A DNA stretch of 43,526 nucleotides, taken from positions 1 to 43,526 of the forward strand of contig JAYEKB010000113.1 of the NCBI GenBank assembly GCA_034660835.1, written 5' to 3'. Below are positions 35,830-43,526 of this stretch, piece by piece. The notes beneath the pieces were generated by a model. The model saw only the letters and a program-made list of their open reading frames with translations, made no database searches and was not told the DNA's origin. The DNA is from Thermodesulfobacteriota bacterium (lineage in GTDB: Bacteria > Desulfobacterota > Desulfobulbia > Desulfobulbales > Desulfobulbaceae). Each line of letters opens with the position of its first letter. Position 1 is the stretch's first letter. Both the position numbers and the translations under genes were made by a program.

Positions 35830-36585
35830 CTATAAAAAATTTATAATCCGGTCAAATGACTCGGATTTCAGTGCAGCGCCGCCCACGAGCGCTCCATCTA
35901 TATCAGGCTGAGCCATGAGGCTGTCGACATTCTCCGGCTTAACCGAGCCACCATACAGTATTCTGATTTCATCGGCAAGTTTTTTCTCATACAGGTCGGC
36001 AAGCACTTTGCGGATAAAAGCGTGTACTTCCTGGGCCTGTTCTTTGCTGGCCGTCTTACCGGTTCCTATTGCCCAGACCGGTTCATAGGCCACGACTACC
36101 CGACTGATCTGTTCAGGTTCAACACCCATAAGTCCGCGGCGCACCTGCTCTTCTATGACAGAAAAGGTAATTTCCTCTTCCCGTTCCTCCAGAGTTTCGC
36201 CAACACAGAGTATGGGAATAAGGCCATATTCAATTGCTCCCAACAGCCGCTGGTTGATCATTGCATCATCCTCGCCAAAAATATGGCGTCGTTCCGAATG
36301 CCCCACGATAACCATGTCAACTCCGGCATCCTGGAGCATAACAGGCGATATCTCACCGGTGTAGGCCCCCTCTTTTCTCCAGGCAACATTCTGAGCACCA
36401 ACCTTGACCGGTGAACCGGCAATTCCCTCAGCTACTGCTGCAAGCACGGTAAAAGGAGGTGCAATCATGACCTCACGGTCGGACAAATCCTTGCAGGAAT
36501 CGGCAAAGGCCCTGCTGAGCTTGACAGCCTCAGCCGTTGTACAATGCATTTTCCAGTTTCCAGCAATCAATGGAATCCTTGCCAT
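35830..36585 (-). CDS. tpiA: triosephosphate isomerase
   Basis: Signatures are 'IAGNWKMH', 'VIVGHSERR', 'AYEPVWAIGTG' and 'ILYGGSV'. Confidence 0.95.
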   Translation of the reverse strand: MARIPLIAGNWKMHCTTAEAVKLSRAFADSCKDLSDREVMIAPPFTVLAAVAEGIAGSPVKVGAQNVAWRKEGAYTGEISPVMLQDAGVDMVIVGHSERRHIFGEDDAMINQRLLGAIEYGLIPILCVGETLEEREEEITFSVIEEQVRRGLMGVEPEQISRVVVAYEPVWAIGTGKTASKEQAQEVHAFIRKVLADLYEKKLADEIRILYGGSVKPENVDSLMAQPDIDGALVGGAALKSESFDRIINFL

Positions 36586-36620
36586 AGTATTTTCCTCTCA
36601 GGGATGATAAAAAAACAGAA

Positions 36621-37799
36621 TTACTCTTCCAGTGCGACAACGCCCGGCAGTTCTTTGCCTTCCATGAGCATGAGAAAGGCTCCACCGCCGGTGGACATAT
36701 ACGAAATATTATCAGCTTCCCCTGATTTTTTGACCGCGGCATTGGAATCACCACCACCGGTAATACTCAGGGCGTGCGATGCGGCCACGGCATGGGCCAG
36801 GGCCATGGTGCCGCGGGAAAAGGCGTCCATCTCAAAAGCGCCCATGGGGCCGTTCCAGATAATAGTCCGGGCATCGGCCAGAACTTCGGAAAAACAGATC
36901 ACGGTTGCAGGGCCGACATCAAGAGCCATCCAGTTGTCCGGTATGTCCTGAATAGTTACCTGCTTGCTCACCGCATCCGGAGCAAAACTGTCCGCGGCAA
37001 TGACATCCACAGGCAGGTAGACCTTTACTCCTTTTTCGGCCGCATCTGCCAGCAGTTTGCGCGCACTGTCCAGCAGCTCATCCTCGACCTTGGATGCACC
37101 GACCCCATAACCTTGACTCTTGAGAAAAGTATTGGCCATGGCACCGCCGATGAGCATGCAGTCAATCTTGTCCAGCATATTGTCCAAGGCACCCAGCTTG
37201 CTGGACACCTTGGCTCCGCCGACAATGGCAATCAGGGGGCGGAAGGGATCGTCAATGGAACGATGGAAATACTCCATCTCTTTCTGCAGCAGAAAGCCTG
37301 CTCCCTTTTCTTCACAGTATTTCGGCACTCCGACCACTGAAGCATGGGCGCGATGGGATACGGCAAAGGCGTTGTTGATATAGACATCAGCAAGTGCGGC
37401 CAACTGCCTGGCAAATTCCGGGTCATTGGCCTGCTCCTGGGCATGAAACCTCAGGTTTTCCAGCAGTACCACGTCACCGTTATTCATGGACCCGACTGCG
37501 GCCTCCGCCTCCGGCCCGACACAGTCCTGGGCCAAACGTACAGGTTTTTCCAGGATGCCGGCCAGGTAGTGGGCAACCGGGCCAAGAGAAAATTTCTCCA
37601 CCCGCTGCCCCCTGGGTCGTCCCATGTGGGAACAGAGGATTACTTTCGCGCCCTGGTCCAGTGCATACTCAATGGTGGGCAATACGGTACGGATACGCAG
37701 ATCATCGGTGATGGTTCCCGTCTCGTCCATGGGCACATTGAAATCCACCCGGATCAGCACCCGTTTGCCGGTAATGTCAAGATCCCGAATTGTTTTCAT
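36621..37799 (-). CDS. pgk: phosphoglycerate kinase
   Basis: Signatures are '[12 protein letters not shown]', 'SHMGRP', 'GGAKVSSKL' and '[19 protein letters not shown]'. Confidence 0.95.
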   Translation of the reverse strand: MKTIRDLDITGKRVLIRVDFNVPMDETGTITDDLRIRTVLPTIEYALDQGAKVILCSHMGRPRGQRVEKFSLGPVAHYLAGILEKPVRLAQDCVGPEAEAAVGSMNNGDVVLLENLRFHAQEQANDPEFARQLAALADVYINNAFAVSHRAHASVVGVPKYCEEKGAGFLLQKEMEYFHRSIDDPFRPLIAIVGGAKVSSKLGALDNMLDKIDCMLIGGAMANTFLKSQGYGVGASKVEDELLDSARKLLADAAEKGVKVYLPVDVIAADSFAPDAVSKQVTIQDIPDNWMALDVGPATVICFSEVLADARTIIWNGPMGAFEMDAFSRGTMALAHAVAASHALSITGGGDSNAAVKKSGEADNISYMSTGGGAFLMLMEGKELPGVVALEE

Positions 37800-37859
37800 C
37801 TTTCCTCAGAGTATCGTTTTAATATTTTTCAGCAGTGCCGTTGCTTCTACTCTCAACTC

Positions 37860-39080
37860 TCACACCATCCGTTCAGCCACTGACACGGTCAGATCGCCAA
37901 GCATGTTGGTATAGCTGCCCAGCTCGTTGTCGTACCAGCCATAAATAACCGCCTGGGTAACAGGAACCTCCAGCACCGGCGGCACCTGGCCGGGTTCAAA
38001 ATTACAGCTCTTTACATGATCCAGGTTGACACTGATTGAAGCGGTGCGGGTGTGGGTCTCGGTAGACTCGATCACGGCTGCCGCCTCGGGCGTACCTACA
38101 ATATCTGAGGACACATTCTGTCCCTCCGAATATACGAGGTAGCGGTTGGACACGGCATACTCCTTGTAAATATTGTTGATCTCATCTCGCTTGACCGGAC
38201 TGGCCAGATCATCCTGCAGGTTGAGCACCAGCACAATCAGCGAACCGGTAGCTGTGGGCACCCGCACGGACTCTGCAATAAAACCGATGGACTGCATCTC
38301 CGGAATAACCAGGGCCAGGGCCTTTGCTGCGCCGGTGGTGGTCAGGATGATGTTGTTTATTATTGAGCGATTCTTGCGCAGGTCGGTGGCACCGGCTCCA
38401 GGCACGCTGTCGAGTACCTTCTGACTGCCGGTAGCCGCATGCACGGTGACCATGGAGGCGGATAGCATACGATCGGCCCCGAAATGATCCATGAGCGGTT
38501 TGATCATATAGGAGAGACAAGTCGTGGTACAGGAGGCTGCTGAAATAATGGAATGCTGGTCCGGTTTGTAATCGTCATCATTAATACCCATGACCGTGGT
38601 AATGGCATCATCAGACATATCAAGCCCTTTGGACTTGATCTTAAAGGGGGCGGAAACCAAAACTTTTTCGGCCCCGGCCTGGAGATGGCCGCGTACTGAA
38701 CCCCATCCTTCCTCTGCATCGGCGGTAGGATCCTTAAACACTCCAGTGGTGTCCGCGACAATACGAACACCGTTTTCCTGCCATTTAATGTCTTTTGGAT
38801 TGCGGGCTTCACGCAACACGGTTACAGGCACGCCATTGACTGTCATGGTGCCTGCGGCCTCATTTAAATTCTCAATTGGTCGACCGCCCTTATGACCGTG
38901 CAGATAGGTGGCAAGTCTGCCGTAGCTGGAATCCTTTTCAATGGTTGCGGCAATATCTTCCAACCCTGTTCCCACCTGGCGGCCCAGGTTGACAACGATT
39001 TCCGAAAAAAACTGCCGGGAAACATGGTGCCAGAGGGAAAGTTTACCGATTCTGCCAAGGCCGTTAATTCCAAGTTTCAT
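37860..39080 (-). CDS. gap: glyceraldehyde-3-phosphate dehydrogenase (atypically long, divergent form)
   Basis: The Rossmann motif is 'KLGINGLGRIGK'. The catalytic 'SAASCTTTCL' replaces the canonical SNASCTTNCL. The gene sits in a gap-pgk-tpiA arrangement. At 406 aa it is longer than typical GapA and carries insertions. Confidence 0.85.
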   Translation of the reverse strand: MKLGINGLGRIGKLSLWHHVSRQFFSEIVVNLGRQVGTGLEDIAATIEKDSSYGRLATYLHGHKGGRPIENLNEAAGTMTVNGVPVTVLREARNPKDIKWQENGVRIVADTTGVFKDPTADAEEGWGSVRGHLQAGAEKVLVSAPFKIKSKGLDMSDDAITTVMGINDDDYKPDQHSIISAASCTTTCLSYMIKPLMDHFGADRMLSASMVTVHAATGSQKVLDSVPGAGATDLRKNRSIINNIILTTTGAAKALALVIPEMQSIGFIAESVRVPTATGSLIVLVLNLQDDLASPVKRDEINNIYKEYAVSNRYLVYSEGQNVSSDIVGTPEAAAVIESTETHTRTASISVNLDHVKSCNFEPGQVPPVLEVPVTQAVIYGWYDNELGSYTNMLGDLTVSVAERMV

Positions 39081-39407
39081 GATTTTGCATCTCCTTTTTG
39101 AAAAAGGGTTGAAGGTAAAAGGCTAAAAAATGCTGTATAATTTATTATTACTTGAGCCATTAATGGACATTTTCAAGAATATAAGTAACTATTCAGGAGC
39201 ACCCCATCTTTGCCCATTTGGGTCTTCTCGAATAGCATAGGTATGCTTCAAAGCCCCAAATGAACAAATATGAGGCACTCCTGAACAGTTACGGTGCCGT
39301 GGTTTTGCCAACTATGAGACACAACCTGAATAGTTACGAATATAATTATTATAGTCGAAATCAGCTTTTGCCGAAAGATTAAACCGTTGACACTATGGAA
39401 AATAATT

Positions 39408-40118
39408 ATGCTGCTCCCCCCTGTCCGGCAACCGGGCACCTTACTCAAACGATACAAACGATTTCTTGCAGATATTGTACTTGCAGACGGCACGATGCTG
39501 ACTGTACACTGTCCAAATTCAGGCTCCATGCGGGGCTGCTCCACCCCGGGCAGTCCGGTGATTATCTCAAAATCCGACAACCTGAAACGAAAATACGCAT
39601 GGACCCTGGAGATGGTACAGGAAAAAGGAGTATGGATCGGGGTCAACACCGGGTTAACCAACAAGATTGTGCGTGAGGCTCTGGAAAACGGGACCATTGA
39701 TGACTTCGGCAGAATTACATCCGTGCAGGCGGAGGTGAAAGTTTCAGACAAAAGCCGGCTTGATTTCCTGGTCCAAACTGAGGGCGGTCCGGTCTACATT
39801 GAGGTGAAAAACTGCTCCCTGGTGGAAGGGAACAAGGCCATGTTCCCGGACGCGGTCACTGTCCGCGGCACCAAACATCTGCGTGAACTTGAACGGTTGC
39901 GCACCGGCGAGGTGCGGGCGGCAGTGCTCTTTTGTATTCAGCGATCCGACGGCAACTGTTTCCGTCCGGCCCACGAAATTGACCCGGTGTACGCCGACAC
40001 CCTGCATGAAGTACAGAAAAATGGCGTAGATGTTCTTGCCTACAGGGCAACGGTGAAACCGGACAGCGTGACTCTTACCAGCAAGCTGCCGCTCTGGTAT
40101 GCTGGGGAAAAAAAGTGA
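39408..40118 (+). CDS. sfsA: sugar fermentation stimulation protein SfsA homologue
   Basis: 'GTLLKRYKRFLADIVLADGTMLTVHCPNSGSM' and 'SRLDFLV....YIEVKN' are SfsA signatures. I prefer ATG 39408; the listed 39387 is TTG. Confidence 0.85.
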   Translation: MLLPPVRQPGTLLKRYKRFLADIVLADGTMLTVHCPNSGSMRGCSTPGSPVIISKSDNLKRKYAWTLEMVQEKGVWIGVNTGLTNKIVREALENGTIDDFGRITSVQAEVKVSDKSRLDFLVQTEGGPVYIEVKNCSLVEGNKAMFPDAVTVRGTKHLRELERLRTGEVRAAVLFCIQRSDGNCFRPAHEIDPVYADTLHEVQKNGVDVLAYRATVKPDSVTLTSKLPLWYAGEKK

Positions 40119-40223
40119 CTTCTGGGGATCAACAACAAAAAGACTTAAAACCCCAAAGGGCACAAAGAAAAAAAGAAAAGAATATCTCTGTGCTCTCTGT
40201 GTCCTCAGTGGTGAAAAATGCTA

Positions 40224-41498
40224 TCAGTCTATCAGGTTATAGGTTATCCGCCCGCCCACCACGGTGAGCACGGCCCGACCCTGCAGCTTCCATCCCAGAA
40301 AGGGCGAATTCTTACTTTTTGACACCACCTGGTCTTCCGTATAGGTAAAGGTAAGATCAGGATTAATCAAGGTGATATCTGCAGCAGCACCAGTGCTGAG
40401 CGTTCCTGCCGCAAGGCCGAGAATCCGGGCCGGATTAACAGACATCAACTCTATCAGCCGCGTTTCATCAATCAGTCCATCCCGCACCAGGGCAAGGGAC
40501 AGGGGCAAAGATGTTTCCAGGCCGATAACGCCGTTCATGGCAAGATCAAACTCTACCTCTTTTTCCAGAATGGAATGGGGGGCATGATCGGTGGCTATGG
40601 CATCAAAGGTTCCGTCGGCCAGCCCTTGCCTGACAGCCTGCCTGTCCTCTTCGGAGCGCAGGGGCGGATTCATCTTGGCATTGGTGTTATAGCCCTCAAC
40701 CGCTTCATCGGTAAGGGTAAAATAATGGGGAGTGGTCTCGGCAGTCACCTGTACGCCCCTGGTCTTGGCTGCACGGATCAGGTCCGTGCTCATGGCGGAA
40801 CTGACATGGGCGATATGAACACGTCTTTTTATATATTCTGCCAGCCCAATCTCACGGTACACCATAATCGACTCAGCGGCAGTGGGAATTCCCTTCAGTC
40901 CCAGGCGGGTAGAAACTACTCCCTCGTTCATTACCCCGTGACTGAGTGAGGGCTCCTCGCTGTGCGAGATAACTGCCAGCCCGTAATCACCTGCATACTC
41001 CAGAGCCCGGCGCATGAGCTGGCTGTCACGCACCGGAAGACCGTCATCACTTACTGCAACAATACCCGCCTCTTTCATGTCGCCGAATTCGGCCAGGCTT
41101 CCGCCTTCACTGTTCTTGCTGATCGCTCCCACCGGGTAGACCCGGCAGGATCCCTTTGCAGCCTGTTCCAAAATCAAGGCCGTAACCGACCGTGAATCAT
41201 TGACAGGTTTTGTATTCGGCATACAGGCAACACCGGTGAATCCGCCTGCGGCGGCAGCCTTTGTTCCGGAAAGAATATCTTCTTTATACTCTTCGCCCGG
41301 TTCCCGCAAATGCACATGCATATCAATGAGGCCAGGTACAATCCAGCATCCCGAGGCATCTATCTCCCGGACATCAGAAGAAATACCGTCATCCGGATCA
41401 ACTATACACCCATCCACCACCAGCAGATCACCCTGGCGGTCAACATTGTTTGCCGGATCAATAATCCGACCATTTTTTATTACCAGAGAATCCGACAT
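40224..41498 (-). CDS. pyrC: dihydroorotase
   Basis: Signatures are 'PGLIDMHVHLREPG', 'TDHAPH' and the amidohydrolase fold. It lies downstream of pyrB. Confidence 0.92.
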   Translation of the reverse strand: MSDSLVIKNGRIIDPANNVDRQGDLLVVDGCIVDPDDGISSDVREIDASGCWIVPGLIDMHVHLREPGEEYKEDILSGTKAAAAGGFTGVACMPNTKPVNDSRSVTALILEQAAKGSCRVYPVGAISKNSEGGSLAEFGDMKEAGIVAVSDDGLPVRDSQLMRRALEYAGDYGLAVISHSEEPSLSHGVMNEGVVSTRLGLKGIPTAAESIMVYREIGLAEYIKRRVHIAHVSSAMSTDLIRAAKTRGVQVTAETTPHYFTLTDEAVEGYNTNAKMNPPLRSEEDRQAVRQGLADGTFDAIATDHAPHSILEKEVEFDLAMNGVIGLETSLPLSLALVRDGLIDETRLIELMSVNPARILGLAAGTLSTGAAADITLINPDLTFTYTEDQVVSKSKNSPFLGWKLQGRAVLTVVGGRITYNLID

Positions 41499-41543
41499 GC
41501 TTCTCCTATCTTTTTTATAACCGCCAAAGGCGCATGCTTAAAG

Positions 41544-41578
41544 ACCTTACACCTTATACCTTTTACCTTATACCTTCC
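41544..41578. repeat. five tandem heptamers ACCTTNN (minus strand NNAAGGT) between pyrB and pyrC
   Basis: The units read accttac accttat acctttt accttat accttcc. A perfect 12-mer, ACCTTATACCTT, occurs at 41551-41562 and 41565-41576. Confidence 0.9.
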
Positions 41579-41580
41579 TT

Positions 41581-42513
41581 TCAACTGTTCCCCATAACCA
41601 GATACAGAAGCGCCATGCGAACGGCAACACCATTTGTCACCTGTTCCAGAATCACCGACTGGGATCCGTCCGCCACATCAGGCATTAATTCTATTCCTCG
41701 ATTGATAGGTCCCGGGTGCATAATCAGTCCATCCGGCTTTGCCCAGGACGCAACCTCCCGGGTCACTCCGTACTGCCGGGCGTATTCACGAAACGAGGGA
41801 AAAAGTGGGTCATTCTGCCGCTCTTTCTGGATACGCAGAGTCATGACGACATCCGCATCCCGGACCGCTTCTTTCAGGTTCTTACAGACCGTTGCCCCTA
41901 ATGTGTCCAGATCAGGAGGAATAAGAGTTGCAGGTCCATACACAAAAACCTGTGAACCCATAAGGGTAAAGCCAAGAATATCCGAATGTGCCACCCGGCT
42001 GTGCAGGATATCACCGATAATCGCCACCTTCAGACCATCCAGCCGCCCCTTATGATCGCGCACCGTCAACATGTCCAGCAACGCTTGAGAAGGATGTTCA
42101 TGGGTGCCGTCCCCCGCGTTGATTACAGCTGCATTTACGTAACGGGTGAGCATATGGGGGGCACCGGAAAAGGAGTGGCGGATAACAATAATGTCCGGGT
42201 GCATGGCCGCGATATTACGGGCCGTATCAATAAGTGTCTCCCCTTTGGTGGCGGAACTGGTGGAGGCGGAGATATTAAAGGTGTCCGCACTCATCCGCTT
42301 GGCTGCAACTTCAAAGGAGAGACGGGTACGGGTGGAAGGTTCAAAAAAAAGATTAATAATGGTGTTACCACGCAGAGTCGGCACCTTTTTAATAGGCCGG
42401 GAGGATATTTCTTTAAAAGACTCTGCAGTAGTTAATATGTGATCAATATCATCAACTGATAAATGATCTATACCAAGGATATGCCGGTGAGAAAAAAAAT
42501 ATCCAGTAGCCAT
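41581..42513 (-). CDS. pyrB: aspartate carbamoyltransferase catalytic subunit
   Basis: Signatures are '[13 protein letters not shown]', 'HPSQALLD' and 'HPGPINRG'. Confidence 0.95.
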   Translation of the reverse strand: MATGYFFSHRHILGIDHLSVDDIDHILTTAESFKEISSRPIKKVPTLRGNTIINLFFEPSTRTRLSFEVAAKRMSADTFNISASTSSATKGETLIDTARNIAAMHPDIIVIRHSFSGAPHMLTRYVNAAVINAGDGTHEHPSQALLDMLTVRDHKGRLDGLKVAIIGDILHSRVAHSDILGFTLMGSQVFVYGPATLIPPDLDTLGATVCKNLKEAVRDADVVMTLRIQKERQNDPLFPSFREYARQYGVTREVASWAKPDGLIMHPGPINRGIELMPDVADGSQSVILEQVTNGVAVRMALLYLVMGNS

Positions 42514-42609
42514 AATATTTTTTGAAAGTTTCGATCCTCAACCTTTGGTTTAGCGAGCTATTTTGTTTCGCTATACAGGTATTCGACCTGCATGGGGTTT
42601 CACAGGCAA

Positions 42610-43260
42610 TCAGTGAACAATGTTCCCGATCCTGTTCCAACGAACAGAGGTGAACCGGTCAATGGACAGCAGTGGTTTCTTTACATCCCAGGACCAGTAC
42701 AGAATAAAGGCCTTGCCACGTACTGCCTTCAAGTCGACAAACCCCCAGAAGCGACCGTCAAAGGAGTTATCCCGGTTATCCCCCATGACAAAAATATGGC
42801 CTTCCGGCACTGTAACAGGGCCGAAGTTATCACGTGGACCAGCTGATGCAGGAAGTATTTTGCGGTCGGTGTACACGCCGTATTCATCCGCAAAAGGTTT
42901 GCCGTTAATAAATATCTTTTTCTCCCGCACCTCTACGGTATCGCCAGCGGTTGCTATTACTCTTTTTATGTAGTCAAGCTGGGGGTCACGGGGAAACTTA
43001 AAGACGACGATGTCATTTGGCTGTGGATTATTAATCGGAATCAGCACAGAACCGGAAAACGGCATCTTGACCCCGTAAATAAACTTGTTTACCAGGAGAT
43101 GATCACCGATCAGCAGAGTCGGCAGCATGGAACCGGATGGAATCTTAAAGGCCTGGACAATAAAAGTACGGATAAACAGGGCAAGGACGAGAGCAATGAT
43201 AATAGCTTCTGCATATTCACGAAAGCTGGACTTCTTTTTTCTGGTTTGCAAATATGCCAT
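42610..43260 (-). CDS. lepB: signal peptidase I
   Basis: An N-terminal TM segment is followed by 'IPSGSMLPTL' (catalytic Ser), 'YIKRVIATAGD' (Lys box) and 'VMGDNRDNSFDGRFWG'. Confidence 0.92.
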   Translation of the reverse strand: MAYLQTRKKKSSFREYAEAIIIALVLALFIRTFIVQAFKIPSGSMLPTLLIGDHLLVNKFIYGVKMPFSGSVLIPINNPQPNDIVVFKFPRDPQLDYIKRVIATAGDTVEVREKKIFINGKPFADEYGVYTDRKILPASAGPRDNFGPVTVPEGHIFVMGDNRDNSFDGRFWGFVDLKAVRGKAFILYWSWDVKKPLLSIDRFTSVRWNRIGNIVH

Positions 43261-43373
43261 GCAGACTGCCTCGCTCTGATAGTGAAAATAAACTGATCAA
43301 AACTATCCGAAAGGAAAGATAAATTCAAGAAACTTTTATTGAATTATTGAATGATCATTCATCATTCATATAT

Positions 43374-43526
43374 AAAATATGCCACTTCAAAAAGAAGTAC
43401 ACAACAAAAGTTGTACGAAATAGTAATTCAAGATGATATTTGCTTGTTTTTCAAACAAGAAAATATGCCACTTCAAGAAGATATACCACAACACCTGGTG
43501 TACGAAATGGTAATCGAGCAGGATAT
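43374..43526 (+). repeat. two ~66-bp imperfect direct repeats (period 86 bp), each starting AAAATATGCCACTTCAA; the second runs off the window
   Basis: R1 is 43374-43439 and R2 is 43460-43526. The first 17 nt are identical, and GTACGAAAT and GTAAT blocks are conserved. The spacer contains the hairpin CTTGTTT-ttc-AAACAAG. Confidence 0.85.
43465..43526 (+). CDS. possible 5' end of a CDS continuing beyond the window (MPLQEDIPQHLVYEMVIEQD..)
   Basis: The frame is open from ATG 43465 to the window end. The upstream repeat copy carries the same ATG but stops after 14 codons. No SD is evident. Confidence 0.2.
   Translation, partial: MPLQEDIPQHLVYEMVIEQD

Noticed and set aside
39248-39751. 167-aa minus-strand ORF spanning the gap-sfsA intergenic region
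   Set aside because: It runs antisense through the sfsA 5' half and through a repeat-containing intergenic region, and it has no family signature.

Overview
This 43.5-kb chromosomal window has gene content typical of an anaerobic Desulfobacterota-like bacterium; that taxonomic guess rests on gene content only. Housekeeping blocks are adk, ahcY, hcp, secG-tpiA-pgk-gap, sfsA, pyrB-pyrC and lepB. Between them lie mobile DNA and poorly characterised modules.

(1) The best candidate for an undescribed system is an integrase island next to tRNA-Leu(GAG), about 28.2/29.3-35.3 kb. It carries a co-directional, translationally coupled five-gene cassette: a truncated NusA-like protein, a T4CP/TraD-like P-loop ATPase with no membrane anchor, a TM-anchored HD-domain protein, a polytopic membrane protein and a small charged protein. 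Its left flank is decayed DNA holding an AAA-ATPase remnant and a perfect 16-bp inverted repeat.

(2) A co-directional cluster at 15.1-19.8 kb encodes a radical SAM/SPASM enzyme, a triple-FeoA protein, a Gly/Arg + Zn-ribbon + NifX-like protein, an unlisted 41-aa Gly/Arg ORF and two MinD-type ATPases with ferredoxin inserts. This mirrors nif-cofactor-assembly logic without a nitrogenase.

(3) Two paralogous roughly 60-aa Zn-ribbon proteins with Arg/Gly tails differ in the fourth Cys ligand (C4 versus C3S).

(4) An IS1634-family element is present, plus a 666-bp internally deleted IS4-family element. The latter has 16-bp IRs and a 9-bp target duplication and sits 8 nt upstream of the AmmeMemoRadiSam radical SAM gene.

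(5) A Tat-exported Cys-type Mo/W-bisPGD oxidoreductase and its 4Fe-4S subunit have no membrane anchor gene nearby.

(6) Several unexplained non-coding structures were found: a 131-bp three-tier palindrome, a heptad (ACCTTNN)x5 repeat, an 86-bp-period duplication at the window end, and repeated motifs in the gap-sfsA intergenic region.

No CRISPR array or rRNA was seen. All calls come from reading the sequence and from recalled family signatures; no database search was run.
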